Below, piece after piece: positions 1 through 11,500 of a stretch of DNA of 64,000 nt; the stretch's first letter is position 1; the number at the start of each line of letters is the position of its first letter. Below the pieces are notes generated by a model. The model did no database searches. It saw only the letters and a program-made list of their open reading frames with translations, and had not been told where the DNA came from. Source of the stretch: Macrostomum lignano (taxonomy: Eukaryota); the NCBI GenBank assembly GCA_002269645.1, contig NIVC01002463.1, positions 79,897-143,896 on the forward strand, read 5' to 3'. Made by a program: the position numbers and the translations under genes.

Positions 1-132
1 AGCAATGTGCTCCGGCCGCAGGGCTGGGCAGTGGTGCGATGGGCCAAGGCGCCTTACCTGTGCGAAGGCGATCTGTATCAGAGTTTCTATCACCTGACTG
101 ATGCCGTGCTGCTGTTACGGCCTACGGATTGA
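1..132 (+). CDS. METTL9: 3' end of METTL9/DREV1-family histidine methyltransferase (partial)
   Basis: Frame 1 reads SNVLRPQGWAVVRWAKAPYLCEGDLYQSFYHLTDAVLLLRPTD* (stop 130-132); matches the recalled METTL9 C-terminal motif PYLCEGD-x-Y-x3-Y-x-L-x-DAV. Rest of gene is upstream of the window. Confidence 0.8.
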   Translation, partial: SNVLRPQGWAVVRWAKAPYLCEGDLYQSFYHLTDAVLLLRPTD

Positions 133-146
133 CTGGGAGTGATATG

Positions 147-1190
147 TGAGATCATGGGATGAGATCTGAGATCATGGGATGAGATCTGAGATCATTGGAT
201 GAGATCTGAGATCATTAGATGAGATCTGAGATCATTAGATGAGATCTGAGATCATTGGATGAGATCTGAGATCATTAGATGAGATCTGAGATCATTGGAT
301 GAGATCTGAGATCATTAGATGAGATTTGAGATCATTGTATGAGATCTGAGATCATTAGATGAGATGGAGATCATTGGATGAGACCTAAGATCTTTATATG
401 AGATCTGAGATAATTGGATGAGATCTGAGATCATTAGATGAGATTTGAGATCATTGTATGAGATCTGAGATCTTTGGATGAGATCTGAGATCATTAGATG
501 AGATGGAGATCATTGGATGAGACCTAAGATCATTATATGAGATCTGAGATAATTGGATGAGATCTGAGATCATTAGATGAGATTTGAGATCATTGTATGA
601 GATCTGAGATCATGGGATGAGATCTGAGATCATTGGATGAGATCTGAGATCATTAGATGAGATTTGAGATCATTGTATGAGATCTGAGATCATTAGATGA
701 GATTTGAGATCATTGTATGAGATCTGAGATCATTAGATGAGATGGAGATCATTGGATGAGACCTAAGATCATTATATGAGATCTGAGATTATTGGATGAG
801 ATCTGAGATCATTAGATGAGATTTGAGATCATTGTATGAGATCTGAGATCATTGGATGAGATCTGAGATCATTATATGAGATCTGAGATCATTAGATGAG
901 ATCTGAGATCATTATATGAGATCTAAGATAATTGGATGAGATCTGAGATCATTAGATGAGATTTGAGATCATTGTATGAGATCTGAGATCATTGGATGAG
1001 ATCTGAGATCATTATATGAGATCTGAGATCATTGGATGAGATCTGAGATCATTAGATGAGATTTGAGATCATTGGATGAGATCTGAGATCATTGGATGAG
1101 ATCTGAGATCATTAGATGAGATCTAAGATAATGGGATGAGATCTGAGATCATTAGATGAGATTTGAGATCATTGTATGAGATCTGAGATC
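147..1190. repeat. 20-bp minisatellite (GAGATCTGAGATCATTGGAT)n
   Basis: About 50 tandem copies with variants, read directly. Confidence 0.97.
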
Positions 1191-1794
1191 ATAGTTGCTT
1201 ATTTAAATTGCATTACTGAATTATTGATTGCTACCCACTGCTCCACTGAGCTGCATGCTTTTATTGTTTCTGTTACTTCAATTGATGTCTCCTCTTTAAT
1301 TTCCTCTGTTGCTTCTTTAAACAAGCCGGGAGTTGAGCTGATAAACAGCAAAGTTCCATGCCATACTGGTACGCGCGGGCTCATGATTGCAAAATCACAT
1401 GGCTATTGTAATCATTATTTGTCACCTACAGTCATTACTTTCATAGAATTTATTAAAATCTAGGCGCTGTTTTTTATAACGAATATTCTTTCTAGGTTTG
1501 TTAAATTGTTTTATGCTTTTAAACCGTTTTGCACGCGTTATAAAATTCTGTGTTTTGTCACACTGGTTTCGGCTAAACTGTTCTGTGAATTTTTTTGCGC
1601 ATGAGTGACTCAGTTAATAAACATTGTCAGAGTTTGTAAACCTTCATTGACTTATTTGTTGACTCGTCTGTGGTTATCATAAAGCTTTAGATAAGGATCC
1701 TATTAAAGTGGGTATGAATTATGAAACTTAAATTGCATGACAACACGGATTTTCCTTCTGATACTAATTTTTATATAACACGTCCTCAATCACA

Positions 1795-2740
1795 GTATCA
1801 TGCTCAACATCATGCTCAAATGGCACACAGCATCATGCTCAGCCTCAACTAGAACACGGCATCATGCTCAAATGGCACACAGCATCATGCTCAAATGAAA
1901 TGGCACACAGCATCATGCTCAAATGGCACACATTATCATGCTCAACTAGAACACGGCATCATGCTCAAATGGCACACAGCATCATGCTCAAATGGTACAG
2001 CATCATCATGCTCAACTAGAACACGGCATCATGCTCAAATGGCAACACAGCATCATGCTCAAATGGCACACATTATCATGCTCAACTAGAACACGGCATC
2101 ATGCTCAAATGACACAGCATCATGCTCAAATGGCACACATTATCATGCTCAACTAGAACACAGCATCATGCTCAAATGGCAACACAGCATCATGCTCAAA
2201 TGACACACATTATCATGCTCAACTAGAACACAGCATCATGCTCAAATGGCACACAGCATCATGCTCAAATGGCAACACAGCATCATGCTCAAATGGCACA
2301 GCATCATGCTCAAATGGCAACACAGCATCATGCTCAAATGGCACACATTATCATGCTCAACTAGAACACGGCATCATGCTCAAATGGCCCACAGCATCAT
2401 GCTCCAATGGCACACAGCATCATGCTCAAATGGCACACAGCATCATGCTCAAATGGCACACATTATCATGCTCAACTAGAATACGGCATCATGCTCAAAT
2501 GGCACACAACATCATGCTCAAATGGCACACATTATCATGCTCAACTAGAACACGGCATCATTCTCAAATGGCACACAGCATCATGCTCAAATGGCACACA
2601 TTATCATGCTCAACTAGAACACGGCATCATGCTCAAATGGCACACAGCATCATGCTCAAATGGCACAGCATCATCATGCTCAAATGGCACACATTATCAT
2701 GTTCAACTAGAACACGGCATCATGCTAAAATGGCATGACT
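1795..2740. repeat. Compound minisatellite built on CATCATGCTCAA (CAGCATCATGCTCAAATGGCACA and CATTATCATGCTCAACTAGAACACGG subunits)
   Basis: Read directly; explains the His/Met-rich spurious ORFs at 1895-2742. Confidence 0.95.
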
Positions 2741-2784
2741 AGAACGTTACACTTTACACTTTACATTGACAGCAATCTATAACT

Positions 2785-3383
2785 TTGCTGTCTTCTACAA
2801 AGAAGCGTAAAGCGGATAGCGACACGGAGGATGACAAAGCAAAAGCGTCGCCTCCGCCTAGCAAAGCCATAGCAACCAGTTGCCATAGCAACGATCCAAT
2901 GCCTGTGAGAGACGCCGAAGAGGCCGAGCTGGTCAGCGAGCTTCGGAATTTGGCCCAGTCGGTCAGCAGCAGCCGCAGCATCGAGCGGCGCCAGCTGCGG
3001 CTGACCTACTATCCGGCCTACCTGCCCAGCAAGATGGCTGGCCGGCTGTTTCGCCTACTCGAACGCCAGGTGACCTATTATGGACCGGACATTGCCAAGG
3101 TGTTCGTGTTCGGCAAATGGCACCCAATGCCTAGGCAGCTGTGCGCTTATGGAGATGCCGGGGTTGCCAGGTGGGTATGATGGGGGACTTGATAGCTGAG
3201 GTCCTGATTTACTAACTTCCTGACGCTGTCAATGGTCAATTTTTGGGCATTGGTTATATGTATCGCCTACTGAAGAGTAGCGAGAGAAGAATGTGATAAG
3301 AGTTTCTAATACGAGTATATGAAAACTATGAAATTGCCAAGTGCAGTGCAAAATGGCACACAGCATCTGACTGACAAGTGAAT

Positions 3384-3459
<76 letters not shown>

Positions 3460-3460
3460 A

Positions 3461-3534
<74 letters not shown>

Positions 3535-4598
3535 GCTAACTAACTAACAGACTAACTAACTAACTAACTAACTCACTAACTAACTAACTAACTAACTAAC
3601 TAAATAACTATACTAACTCATTCATTCACTCATTCACCCTCTCATTCACTTACCTACTCAGTCACTCACTCACCCACTCACTCACCGACTCACCCACTCA
3701 ATCACCAACTCACTTACTCACCCACCCACTCACTTACACACTCACTCACTCACTCACTCACTCAACCACTCACTCACCAACTCACTCACTCACTCACTCA
3801 ACCACTCACTCACCAACTCACTCACTCACTCACCCACTCACTCACCAACTCACCCACTCACTCACCCACTCACTCACTCACTCACTCACTCACTCACCCA
3901 CTCACTCACTCACTCACTCACTCACCCACTCACTCACCGACTCACCCACTCAATCACCAACTCACTTACTCACCCACCCACTCACTTACACACTCACTCA
4001 CTCACTCACTCACTCAACCACTCACTCACCAACTCACTCACTCACTCACTCAACCACTCACTCACCAACTCACTCACTCACTCACCCACTCACTCACCAA
4101 CTCTCCCACTCACTCACCCACTCACTCACTCACTCACTCACTTACCCACTCACTCACTCACTCACTCACTCACTCACTCACTCACTCACTCACCCACTCA
4201 CCCCGCAGGCACCAGAGTACCGGCCAAGCCCTGGCTGCCCAGCCTCGCCGCCATTCGCGACGTCCTCGCCGCCGACGCCAAACTTGGCCACGTCCGCTTC
4301 AACTTCGCCCTGGTTAACCGGTATGCCACCGGTGATAATTACATCGGCGAGCACCGGGACAGCGAGCCGGACCTCGACCCTCTGCGCCATAGTCAGCCTG
4401 TCTCTGGGCGCCCAGCGGGATTTCTATTTCCGTCAGCCGCTGATGGGCGAGAAGGTGCAGCTGGCGCTGGCCGGCGGCAGCCTGCTGGCGATGCAACCGC
4501 CAACCAACAGTCACTGGCTGCACTCCCTGCCCAAGCGGAAGCGGGTCCAGCAGCCTAGGATTAACATTACCTTCAGGCGGATTGTTACTAGCGGCTGA
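2785..4598 (+). CDS. ALKBH2: Alpha-ketoglutarate-dependent dioxygenase ALKBH2 (start uncertain; apparent frame breaks)
   Basis: Exon to 3170 encodes KVFVFGKWHPMPRQLCAYGDAG; exon from 4209 encodes KPW...FNFALVNRY...IGEHRDSE (HxD), then, in another frame, SLSLGAQRDFYF...GSLLAMQPPTNSHWLHSLPKRKRVQQPRINITFR. Intron phases do not match (2 vs 1) and there is a frameshift near 4376-4385. Confidence 0.88.
3386..4200. repeat. (TAAC)n followed by (CACT)n microsatellites in the ALKBH2 intron
   Basis: (TAAC)n at about 3386-3610 and degenerate (CACT)n at about 3620-4200, ending at the cccgcag acceptor. Confidence 0.97.
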
Positions 4599-4659
4599 AC
4601 TGCTGCACTTTCTGAACTGCCATTGAGTTATTTATTCATCTTTCTATTACCCTTAATCT

Positions 4660-5250
4660 CTGCTAATCTCTGCCATCTCTCCCCCGCCTCCGCCTCTCCC
4701 CTCTGTCCCCTCACCTCTCTCCCCTCTCCTCTCTGCCCTCACCTCTCTCCCCTCTCCTCTCTCCCCTCTCCTCTCTCCCTTCTCCTCTCTCCCCTCTCCT
4801 CTCTCCCTTCTCCTCTCTCCCCTCACCTCTCTCCCCTCTCCTCTCTCCCCTCACCTCTCTCCCTTCTCCTCTCTCCCCTCACCTCTCTCCCCTCTCCTCT
4901 CTGCCCTCACCTCTCTCCCCTCTCCTCTCTCCCCTCTCCTCTCTCCCTTCTCCTCTCTCCCCTCTCCTCTCTCCCTTCTCCTCTCTCCCCTCACCTCTCT
5001 CCCCTCTCCTCTCTCCGACTCTCCCCTCACCTCTCTCCCCTCACCTCTCTCCCCTCTCCTCTCTCCCTTCTCCTCTCTCCCTTCTCTCTCTCCCTTCTCC
5101 TCTCTCCCTTCTCCTCTCTCCCTTCTCCTGTCTCCCTTCTCCTCTCTCCCCTCTCCTCTCTCCCTTCTCCTCTTTCCCCTCTCCCCTCGCCTCTCCACTT
5201 CTGTCCTCTTTTCTGTCCTCTAATCTAATCTAATCTAATCTAATCTAATC
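4660..5250. repeat. CT-rich low-complexity repeat plus (TAATC)n
   Basis: Near-pure polypyrimidine tract; TAATC about 6 times at 5221-5250. Confidence 0.95.
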
Positions 5251-5561
5251 GACAGTCTCCAAATTTGCCCAGTCACGTTCATTCATCCATGCGTGCTAAA
5301 AAAGGTGAAAATTGATTATGCTAAAAATATTTTTAGGATTTTTTTGATGGTCCTTGGTTATTAATTGACAAATAAATTGTAGTTTCGTAGATTTAAAGTA
5401 CTTTTTTCTTTTCTTTTACCTTATAGCTAGGATTAGTTTATTAGTTTATTGATTTTTAAAAGAATCAGTATACTATCCTAACATAATACTCCAGATTTTT
5501 ACGGCCAGATTGAACTACTCATATCAGTAGTACCAATTGTCAGCCGAATATTAACGTTGCT

Positions 5562-8500
5562 ATGGACGCTGTGAAGTCGGCTATCGCTAGAATTCCCGAG
5601 GCGCCGGAACCGCTTGGCGAAGAGTTCTATGCTAAGCATATCAAGGGTTAGTAGTGCCTTTTGTTTCATTTGTGACCGGAAGTGAGAGGGTAGATGATTT
5701 TATTGACCGGAGTTTAGGTGGTTAGCGGTATAACTAAAAGTGAAATGCTTAGCATGACTCAATGACCGGAAGTGGAATGCTTTTCGGGATTCAATAACCG
5801 GAAGTGGAATGCTTAGCATGACTCAATGACCGGAAGTGGAATGCTTAGCGGGATTCAATAACCGGAAGTGGAATGCTTAGCGGGATTCAATGACCGGAAG
5901 TGGAATGCTTAGCGGGATTCAATGACCGGAAGTGGAATGCTTAGCGGGATTCAATGACCGGAAGTGGAATGCTTAGTGGGATTCAATGACCGGAAGTGGA
6001 ATACTTAGCGGGATTCAATAACCGGAAGTGGAATGCTTAGCGTGACTCAATGACCGGAAGTGGAATGCTTAGCGGGATTCAATGCCGGAAGTGGAATGCT
6101 TAGTGGGATTCAATGACCGGAAGTGGAATGCTTAGCGGGATTCAATGACCGGAAGTGGAATGCTTAGCGGGATTCAATGACCGGAAGTGAAATGCTTAGC
6201 GAGATTCAATGACCGGAAGTGAAATGCTTAGTGGGATTCAATGACCGGAAGTGAAATGCTTAGCGAGATTCAATGACCGGAAGTGAAATGCTTAGTGGGA
6301 TTCAATGACCGGAAGTGAAATGCTTAGCGAGATTCAATGACCGGAAGTGAAATGCTTAGTGGGATTCAATGACCGGAAGTGGAATGCTTAGCGTGACTCA
6401 ATGACTGGAAGTGGAATGCTTAGTGGGATTCAATGACCGGAAGTGGAATGCTTAGCGGGATTCAATGACCGGAAGTGGAATGCTTAGCGGGATTCAATGA
6501 CCGGAAGTGAAATGCTTAGCGAGATTCAATGACCGGAAGTGGAATGCTTAGCGGGATTCAATGACCGGAAGTGGAATGCTTAGCGGGATTCAATACCGGA
6601 AGTGGAATGCTTAGCGTGACTCAATGACCGGAAGTGGAATGCTTAGCGGGATTCAATGACCGGAAGTGGAATGCTTAGCGGGATTCAATGACCGGAAGTG
6701 GAATGCTTAGCGGGATTCAATGACCGGAAGTGGAATGCTTAGCGGGATTCAATGACCGGAAGTGGAATGCTTAGCGGGATTCAATGACCGGAAGCAGGAG
6801 TTGATTCCTGGAAGAGGATTTGAGTTTTTAACCCGGCGAAGTAAAAAAAATCTCCCAACCCGAACGGATTCTCTCAGGCGGCACCCTTCGCGACTACCAG
6901 GTGTTCGGCGCCGACTGGCTTGGCGCCAAGTTTTCCTCCGGCCACGGCGCCATCCTGGCCGACGAGATGGGCCTGGGCAAAACTCTGCAGACGGTGGCGT
7001 TCCTGCTAGGCCTGCACGGCGGGCGGCGGCGAGGCGGCGTCAGCGGCCGCTCCCTGATCGTGTGTCCGCTGTCCGTGTTGAACAACTGGCGCGACGAGCT
7101 GGCCAAGTTTGCGCCGCAGCTCACCGTGCGGGTGTACACCGGCGACAAGGCCGAGAGGGAGTGCCTGCGGGCAGAGCTGCGGCGGGAGGACTGGACCCTG
7201 CTGCTGTCCACCTATGAGGTGGCCCGTTCGTTTTGGTGCTCTGCGGCCGGGTAGTTTTGTAGGATTTGGGGTAGTTTTGTAGGATCTGCGGTAGTTTTGT
7301 TTGATCTGGAGTAGTTTTGTGGGATGTGGGGTACTTCTGTAGGATCTGGTGTAGTTTTATAGGATCTGGGGTAGTTCTGTAGGATCTGGGGTAGTTCTGT
7401 AGGATCTGGGGTAGTTCTGTAGGATCTGGTGTAGTTTTATAGGATCTGGGGTAGTTCTGTAGGATCTGGGGTAGTTCTGTAGGATCTGGTGTAGTTTTAT
7501 AGGATCTGGGGTAGTTCTGTAGGATCTGGGGTAGTTCTGTAGGATCTGGGGTAGTTCTGTAGGATCTGGGGTAGTTTTGTAGGATCTGGTGTAGTTTTAT
7601 AGGATCTGGGGTAGTTCTGTAGGATCTGGTGTAGTTTTGTAGGATCTGGGGTAGTTTCGTAGGATCTGGTGTAGTTTTGTAGGATCTGGTGTAGTTTTGT
7701 GGGATCTGGGGTAGTTCTGTAGGATCTGGGGTAGTTTTTTAGGATCTGGTGTAGTTTTGTAGGATCTGGGGTAGTTTGGTAGGATCTGGTGTAGTTTTGT
7801 AGGATCTGGGGTAGTTTTTTTAGGATAGTTTTATGGGATGTGGGGTACTTCTGTAGGATCTGGGGTAGTTTTTTAGGATCTGGTGTAGTTTTGTAGGATC
7901 TGGTGTAGTTTTGTAGGATCTGGTGTAGTTTTGTAGAATCTGGTGTAGTTTTGTAGGATCTAAGGATATTTTTTGTAGGATCTGGTGTAGTTTTGTAGGA
8001 TTTGGGGTAGTGTTTTAGGATCTGGGGTAGTTTTGTGGGATCTGGGGTAGTTTTGTGGGATCTGGGGTAGTTTTGTAGAATCTGGGGTAGTTTTGTAGGA
8101 TCTGGGGTAGTTTTGTGGGATCTGGGGTAGTTCTGTAGGATCTGGTGTAGTTTTATAGGATCTGGGGTAGTTTTGTAGGATCTGGGGTAGTTTTGTGGGA
8201 TCTGGTGTAGTTTTGTGGGATCTGGGTAGCTCATGAACTGAGTTTTGGGAAGCTGACCCACCAACTAAAGATATGGAAATTGGTGGTGATGAGGAACTGG
8301 GAGGCTGGCGGTGATGAGGATCGATAACGCCAGTCTCGCCCTCAAACCAAATGTTTCAGCTGTGCCTCAAGGACGAAGAGTTTTTCGCCAAATTTTCATT
8401 CGACGCCATGGTTGTAGACGAGGGTCATCGATTAAAGAATTCGAACTCGCAGCTGCACCAGGCACTGCGGGCTGTGAGTGACTCTTCAGTGTCATTTATC

Positions 8501-11500
8501 AACTAGCGTTTTGTAGCCTTCCTAAACTCCCTGCCACCCCCGGGAAAACCCCGCCATTTCCAGCTCAATGTCAGCTGCCGCTTCATCCTGACCGGCACGC
8601 CGATTCAGAACAACCTGGACGAGCTGTTCACCTTGTTGAGCTTCGTTGCGCCCAAGGTTTTTCGGCTCAAGTTGAAGGACCAGTTCATTGCCGAGCTCAC
8701 CGATTTGGTGTCCTCTAATGATAGTAAGAACTTCCTATGGAGTTGACCTTGATAGACAGGTTGTTACCTGTGTGTGTGGCCTGAGCTCCTTCAAGCCAGG
8801 TGTGGAAATGGCAGGTTGTTACCTGTGTGTGTGGCCTGAGCTCCTTCAAGCCAGGTGTGGAAATGGCAGGTTGTTACCTGTGTGTGTGGCCTGAGCTCCT
8901 TCAAGCCAGGTGTGAAAATGGCAGGTTGTTACCTGTGTGTGTGGCCTGAGCTCCTTCAAGCCAGGTGTGAAAATGGCAGGTTGTTACCTGTGTGTGGCCT
9001 GAGCTCCTTCAAGCCAGGTGTGGAAATGGCAGCTTGTGCCTGTGTGTGGCCTGAGCTCCTTCAAGCCAGGTGTGGAAATGGCAGGTTGTTACCTGTGTGT
9101 GGCCTGAGCTCCTTCAAGCCAGGTGTGGAAATGGCAGGTTGTTACCTGTGTGTGTGGCCTGAGCTCCTTCAAGCCAGGTGTGGAAATGGCAGGTTGTTAC
9201 CTGTGTGTGTGGCCTGAGCTCCTTCAAGCCAGGTGTGAAAATGGCAGGTTGTTACCTGTGTGTGTGGCCTGAGCTCCTTCAAGCCAGGTGTGGAAATGGC
9301 AGGTTGTTACCTGTGTGTGTGGCCTGAGCTCCTTCAAGCCAGGTGTGGAAATGGCAGGTTGTTACCTGTGTGTGTGGCCTGAGCTCCTTCAAGCCAGGTG
9401 TGAAAATGGCAGGTTGTTACCTGTGTGTGTGGCCTGAGCTCCTTCAAGCCAGGTGTGAAAATGGCAGGTTGTTACCTGTGTGTGGCCTGAGCTCCTTCAA
9501 GCCAGGTGTGGAAATGGCAGCTTGTGCCTGTGTGTGGCCTGAGCTCCTTCAAGCCAGGTGTGGAAATGGCAGGTTGTTACCTGTGTGTGGCCTGAGCTCC
9601 TTCAAGCCAGGTGTGGAAATGGCAGGTTGTTACCTGTGTGTGGCCTGAGCTCCTTCAAGCCAGGTGTGGAAATGGCAGGTTGTTACCTGTGTGTGTGGCC
9701 TGAGCTCCTTCAAGCCAGGTGTGGAAATGGCAGGTTGTTACCTGTGTGTGTGGCCTGAGCTCCTTCAAGCCAGGTGTGAAAATGGCAGGTTGTTACCTGT
9801 GTGTGTGGCCTGAGCTCCTTCAAGCCAGGTGTGAAAATGGCAGGTTGTTACCTGTGTGTGGCCTGAGCTCCTTCAAGCCAGGTGTGGAAATGGCAGCTTG
9901 TGCCTGTGTGTGGCCTGAGCTCCTTCAAGCCAGGTGTGGAAATGGCAGGTTGTTACCTGTGTGTGGCCTGAGCTCCTTCAAGCCAGGTGTGGAAATGGCA
10001 GCTTGTGCCTGTGTGTGGCCTGAGCTCCTTCAAGCCAGGTGTGGAAATGGCAGGTTGTTACCTGTGTGTGGCCTGAGCTCCTTCAAGCCAGGTGTGGAAA
10101 TGGCAGCTTGTGCCTGTGTGTGGCCTGAGCTCCTTCAAGCCAGGTGTGGAAATGGCAGGTTGTTACCTGTGTGTGGCCTGAGCTCCTTCAAGCCAGGTGT
10201 GGAAATGGCAGGTTGTTACCTGTGTGTGGCCTGAGCTCCTTCAAGCCAGGTGTGGAAATGGCAGCTTGTGCCTGTGTGTGGCCTGAGCTCCTTCAAGCCA
10301 GGTGTGGAAATGGCAGGTTGTTAACAGTTTACACGCAACCTACCGCAGATTCCGGGGCTCTCTACGAGATTCTGAAACCGTTCCTGCTGCGCCGCATCAA
10401 AGAGGACGTGCTGAAAAGTTTGCCAAAAAAAGTTGAGGTCATTTTGTATCACGGACTTACCGCTCTGCAGAAGAAATACTACAAGGCTATCTTGACTAAA
10501 AACATTGGTAATACTTGACCTGAGACTTTGACCCGAGTTGACTTTAGCTGGTCTGTTTGACCCGAGTTGACCTTAGTTAGTTTATTTGACCAGAGTTGCA
10601 CTTAGCTTGTTTATTTGACCCCAGCTGACCTTACATCTTTCTTTGACCTTACAGGGTTTCTTTAACCCCAGCTGACCTTACAGGGTTTCTTTGACCCCAA
10701 CTGACCTTACAGGGTTTCTTTGACCCCAACTGACCTTACAGGGTTTCTTTGACCCCAACTGACCTTACAGGGTTTCTTTGACCCCAACTGATCTTACAGG
10801 GTTTCTTTGACCCCAGCTGACCTTACAGGGTTTCTTTGACCCGAGCTGACCTTAGAGAGGTTCATTTATTGAACTCAGCGACCTTCATTCGCCTTGCAGA
10901 CGCATTCGACACTGCAACCGGCAACAAGACCCGCCTGCTGAATATTCAGATGCAGCTGCGCAAGTGCATCAATCATCCCTACCTGTTCGATGGTGAGCTG
11001 AGCTTGCCTGCTGTAACTTTTCTGTTTGTAGACTGACTTTAGCACTGGGGCTAGGAAGTCTGAAAGTTGCATTCCCAGATCCCCAGGCTGAGTCCCTACT
11101 GTCCCAGATCCCCAGGCTGAGCCCCTACTGTCCCAGATCCTCAGGCTGAGTCCCTACTGTCCCAGATCCTCAGGCTGAGTCCCTACTGTCCCAGATCCCC
11201 AGGCTGAGTCCCTAATGTCCCAGATCCTCAGGCTGAGCCCCTACTGTCCCAGATCCCCAGGCTGAGCCCCTACTGTCCCAGATCCTCAGGCTGAGTCCTT
11301 ACTGTCCCAGATCCCCAGGCTGAGTCCCTACTGTCCCAGATCTCCAGGCTGAGTCCCTACTGTCCCAGATCTCCAGGCTGAGCCCCTACTGTCCCAGATC
11401 CTCAGGCTGAGTCCCTAATGTCCCAGATCCTCAGGCTGAGTCCCTACTGTCCCAGATCTCCAGGCTGAGCCCCTACTGTCCCAGATCCTCAGGCTGAGTC

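Noticed and set aside
1199-1384. Minus-strand ORF faintly resembling a LINE reverse-transcriptase segment (CSSVEQWVAINN...K)
   Set aside because: No YADD motif or flanking RT sequence; similarity too weak to call without a search.
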